A DNA stretch of 63,705 nt, filler included, from Octopus bimaculoides (Eukaryota): assembly GCF_001194135.2 (NCBI RefSeq). It is 3 parts of 3 records of this genome, joined end to end, with 100 filler letters (N's around TTAATTAATTAA, not from the genome) between each part and the next. Parts side by side here need not be neighbours in the genome. Positions count along the whole stretch, not along the records: positions 38,177 to 63,705 come from NC_068997.1; 2 more parts are not named here. One strand, 5' to 3'. A model generated the notes under the pieces. It saw only the letters and a program-made list of their open reading frames with translations. It was not told the origin of the DNA and did not search any database. Each line of letters opens with the position of its first letter. The first letter of the stretch is position 1. Below, one piece after another: positions 60,216 through 63,705 of the stretch. Position numbers and translations under genes: made by a program.

Positions 60216-61569
60216 TAAACAAGCTCCACCTCCACCACCACCACCACGGATCACAGCAAGCGCCATAACCAACCACCACAACCACTGGAACTGCTATGAA
60301 GGCACCGAGACACCCGGCCGCCATGCCGCATTACACCCTGCCAACCCCCCCCNNNNNNNNNNGGCAGGATCAAGTATGATCTGGGGTTAAACAAGCTCCA
60401 CCTCCACCACCACCACCACACTATCCACTACAGTTTCAGTGGAAGGAAAACCAAAAGCAGGCCATTAGTGATATATTAAGAGTGTGAAGAGGTATATATG
60501 GTGTGTGAGAAGCGAGACCAGACCAGACCTGCCTGTCTATCTGTGAGATGTGTAGTACTAAGTTCATATGAGCGGAAATAGTCCGTATCTGTCTTGATTA
60601 TATATATATATATTTATATATAAACACACGCATTGTTACGTAAACATACTTAGACACACACATATATATATACGTACTTACATACGCGCATATGAAGAGA
60701 GAGAGAGACAAACCCGCAGGCAGCTTATTTAGAATGAATGAAATTTTATGTATTGAGCAGTACTTGCTTTCTTGTAGAGACGACTGTGCGCGAACATTTA
60801 CGTACGTACACACTTACACGCATATACACGAAGCAATCGCATAACCACTTACATACACACGGAAGAAATCGTATACATACATACACACACATAATCTCTA
60901 TGTATTTATATGTTACAAGCAAGGCAACTTAGTAAAAGAGATTTAGAGAAATCAAGGTGCGTATACAATGAAAGAAATATGATGGTTGAAAGTATTTACA
61001 TAGTATATATATGTATGAAAATGTGTGTGTGTGTGTGTGCGCATATTCGTGAGGCAACTGGGCGGAGCAAGTTCAGGAAACAACTGAATCAGAAGGGAAG
61101 AAAGAGAGAGAGAGAGGGAGAGAGAAAAATAAGTTCAGGAAGAGGTGGGGGCGTGAGGAGTAAAGTTAAATGAGAGGGGAGACGTTTAACCACGCCGCCG
61201 CCTAGCTCTGTCTCCACCACCGGTGCCACAGTCGCCACCAAGGGAGCCAGCGAGACTGGGTTGTCATAGTAAGAGCTGAAAGGAAAAGAAAAGCCAGTCT
61301 TCTTTCTCTCTCTCGGTAGAAAGGTTGCTAGTTCTGCTTGACACAACACCACCCTTACGTGACCTTCATTTACTTCTCCCTCCCCCCTCTCTTATCGGTA
61401 ACAGTGCGAGCTTGTGTGCCCGTGCGTGTATATGTGTGGGTGTTTGCTCACGCATCTACACAGGCAAATGTATGTTTATACAATGAAGAGATGTTTAAAA
61501 AAGCAGCCATTCATCCACACACACATGCTTAACACTGAGTTTCTCAAGACTAAATTTAAATGTTTGCGT

Positions 61570-61783
61570 ATTTAGTGTTGGTTCCTCCCCACCGCTTGAC
61601 AACAGGTCTTCGTTTGTTTATGTCCTCGTAGCTAGCGTTTCGGCAAAGAAGAGATCCGATAGAATAACCAACAGGCTTTAAAAAAAAATAAGCACTGGGA
61701 TGGATGATTTGTTCGACTAAAACCCCATTCAGGCAGTGCCCCAGCATGGCCGTAGTCTAATGACTGAAACAAGTAAAGGATAA
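61570..61783 (+). mobile_element. SINE family A, 3' half
   Basis: CCACCGCTTGACAAC...GGCAGTGCCCCAGCATGGCCGTAGTCTAATGACTGAAACAAGTAAAGG. Confidence 0.85.
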
Positions 61784-62261
61784 AAAATACACACACACAT
61801 GTATTTATACATATATGATTACTTTTTACACCTACATAAAGCAGAAACTGGTAATGCTACAAGTGTTAAAAAGTACATTGACACGATACTAAGGCACTTG
61901 AGTAACTGCTATAATAGTATTCTCTAATAATGCAGTGTATGTAATAACACACATACACACACACACACACACATATATAAGGGAATGTGTATTAAATGTT
62001 CCATACTGCGTTGTGGTTATATTTTGAGGTCTCTTGTTTCCGTTTAATTCACTTAGATTTAATTCCATTGCACCGACTACCTGTTGAGTCGCTGTGCGCT
62101 CGCATTGAACATTCATCTCGCTGAGACGAACCAACGCTGCACTGCGTAAGTTCACGTGCTTCTATTTTCTTTATGTGTGTTTGTGTGTGTATGTGAGAGA
62201 GAGAGAGAACAGGTGAGATCCAGAGATGCTGAATACAGGAAACAAGTAGTAGAGCTCAAAT

Positions 62262-62421
62262 CAGGCTCGTCGCCAGACTTCGACGACTGCGAGTGCTTCA
62301 GAATATTCTTGGTGGGTAGCAATTTGTAATAATGCTAAAGTGGTGTAAATCTGAAGGTGGACCATTGAACAGTGACCGAGGGGGCAATGCCGTCCAGTGC
62401 ATCCTCTTAGCGACAGGCATG
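62262..62421. mobile_element. hAT-like MITE, copy 2 (160 bp)
   Basis: Perfect 8-bp TSD GCTCAAAT at 62254-62261 and 62422-62429. Imperfect TIRs CAGGCTCGTCGC / GCGACAGGCATG. Confidence 0.9.
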
Positions 62422-62764
62422 GCTCAAATGATTTGAATTTACGTTACGAAGTCTTTATCGCGGAGTGAGTTCACGGAGTAAAGAGTAGGTTATAAGAGAA
62501 ATTCATATATATATATAGATATATATATATTAACAAGGGGAGAGGCTATTTTTGGAATGACTAATTAAAAAAACCTTGCACGCATGTGTATAGATATATG
62601 TGTGCGTATTATGTACTATATAAATAAGTACAGATGTCAATGCATGCATACACACACACATGTAAAGGAAGCATACATTATCTGACTACAATATAAACAA
62701 ATGTATGTCTCCGTGACCTACTGGCCGGTGTTTATCTTACGTGTCTGACGTTTAGTTAGACGAA

Positions 62765-62875
62765 CACCAAACTGTACCTCGGTGTAATATATACATACAC
62801 CGAATAGTACCTCGGTCTATATATACACACACACCGAATAGTACCTCGGTCTATATATACACACACCAAATAGCT
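62765..62875. repeat. Minisatellite, about 3 copies of a ~33-35-bp unit
   Basis: ACACCGAATAGTACCTCGGTCTATATATACAC unit with a variable CA count. Confidence 0.85.
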
Positions 62876-63302
62876 TCTACCGCAGAAAGAAGTAAACCAC
62901 CGACAAACCGAGTCACCAATCACTTTAAACAATAATCTTCAGCTGTATACACGCACGCACGCTCTCTTTCTCCTTCCCTTTCTTCCTCTTTCGACGTCCA
63001 AATCTATCTTGAATCAGATCTGGGTTGTTGAACTACATTGAGTTAACTCGAGGAAATGCGTCTGCAGCCAGATGCTCTTCCTGTCTCAAGTTTGACTAAC
63101 CCAGTCATGGGGGCAGATTGCGGCTCGCTGGACTTTCTGAATGTGTACGCCAATGGAAAATTTCCTTGAATTCTTTTGTAGTACAGTGTGCATGATGACA
63201 AACCATGTCTCTTGCAGCCAGCTTCTCGTAAAAGATTGGCCATGTCTGGTCTAACTCGTGTAAGCATCGAAAAGTGGATGTTAAAATGGATGATTATGTG
63301 TA

Positions 63303-63510
63303 GATCATCATCATCACCATCATTTTACGTCTGTTTTCCATACTGGCATAGGTTGGACAGCTTGACAAGAACTGGTAAGGCCAGGGGCTACACCAGCTTC
63401 CATAGTCTGTTTTGGCTGCCTTCTACAGCTTGATGCAGTTCTTAATGCCAACCACTCCACAGAGTGTACGGTGCTTTTTACGTGGTATCAGCACCAGTAC
63501 TTTTTATGTG
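63303..63510 (-). mobile_element. Diverged RTE-type 3' tail
   Basis: (CAT)n-TTTTACGTCTGTTTTCCATACTGGCATAGGTTGGAC...CTTAATGCCAACCACTCC. Confidence 0.75.
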
Positions 63511-63664
63511 GTATCAGCACCCACACCAATGTTTTTTTTTTTTATGTGGCACCCTGGTTTCAGGATATTAATTTTGTAGTGGTGGGTGGGTCTTCTTCAG
63601 AACAGCAATGTGCCACATAACTCAGTCCCCTGTCACCTCCTTCATAAAGCTCAGTATTCTGATA

Positions 63665-63705
<41 letters not shown>

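Noticed and set aside
60191-60418. Exact 56-bp direct repeat (60191-60246 / 60363-60418)
   Set aside because: The second copy starts immediately after a 10-N gap, which is the typical signature of an unmerged contig overlap.
61150-61300. GC-rich stretch with a strong minus-strand acceptor (TTTTCTTTTCCTTTCAG at ~61276) and an open frame SYYDNPVSLAPLV...
   Set aside because: There is no convincing donor, recognisable protein similarity or partner exons. It needs RNA-seq to evaluate.
62057-62145. 89-bp segment bounded by TTAG and GTAAGT (candidate plus-strand exon)
   Set aside because: All three frames contain stops. It could be a non-coding exon, but sequence alone cannot support that.

Overview
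AT-rich, microsatellite-dense eukaryotic draft-assembly DNA with many N gaps. It is most consistent with a coleoid cephalopod (Octopus-like); this is inferred from the style of the C2H2 zinc-finger gene and the SINE families, not from a database hit. Two identical synthetic 100-bp spacers (44 N + TTAATTAATTAA + 44 N) at 25569-25668 and 38077-38176 show that the window is three joined sequences, so adjacency across them is not biological evidence. The only intact protein-coding ORF I can support is a 548-aa ORF at 8012-9658 with 18 tandem zinc fingers and no recognisable effector domain. A 98%-identical fragment of fingers 4-8 lies 6.9 kb downstream. The rest is layered mobile DNA: mariner copies, RTE, HERO-like, R4/Dong-like and Gypsy remnants, a Buster-type hAT with its TSD intact, a hAT MITE family, a Kolobok-like TTAA element, Penelope-type termini with minimal hammerhead motifs, and at least four SINE-like families. 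The most notable candidate is a ~2-kb L1/Tx1-like retroelement at 10266-12295. It appears to encode only ORF1 (CCHC knuckle) yet is complete from 5' end to AATAAA, and it sits in a 15-bp target-site duplication inside a tRNA-derived SINE head. Two long fold-back hairpins (3848-3954 and 39081-39183) also stand out.
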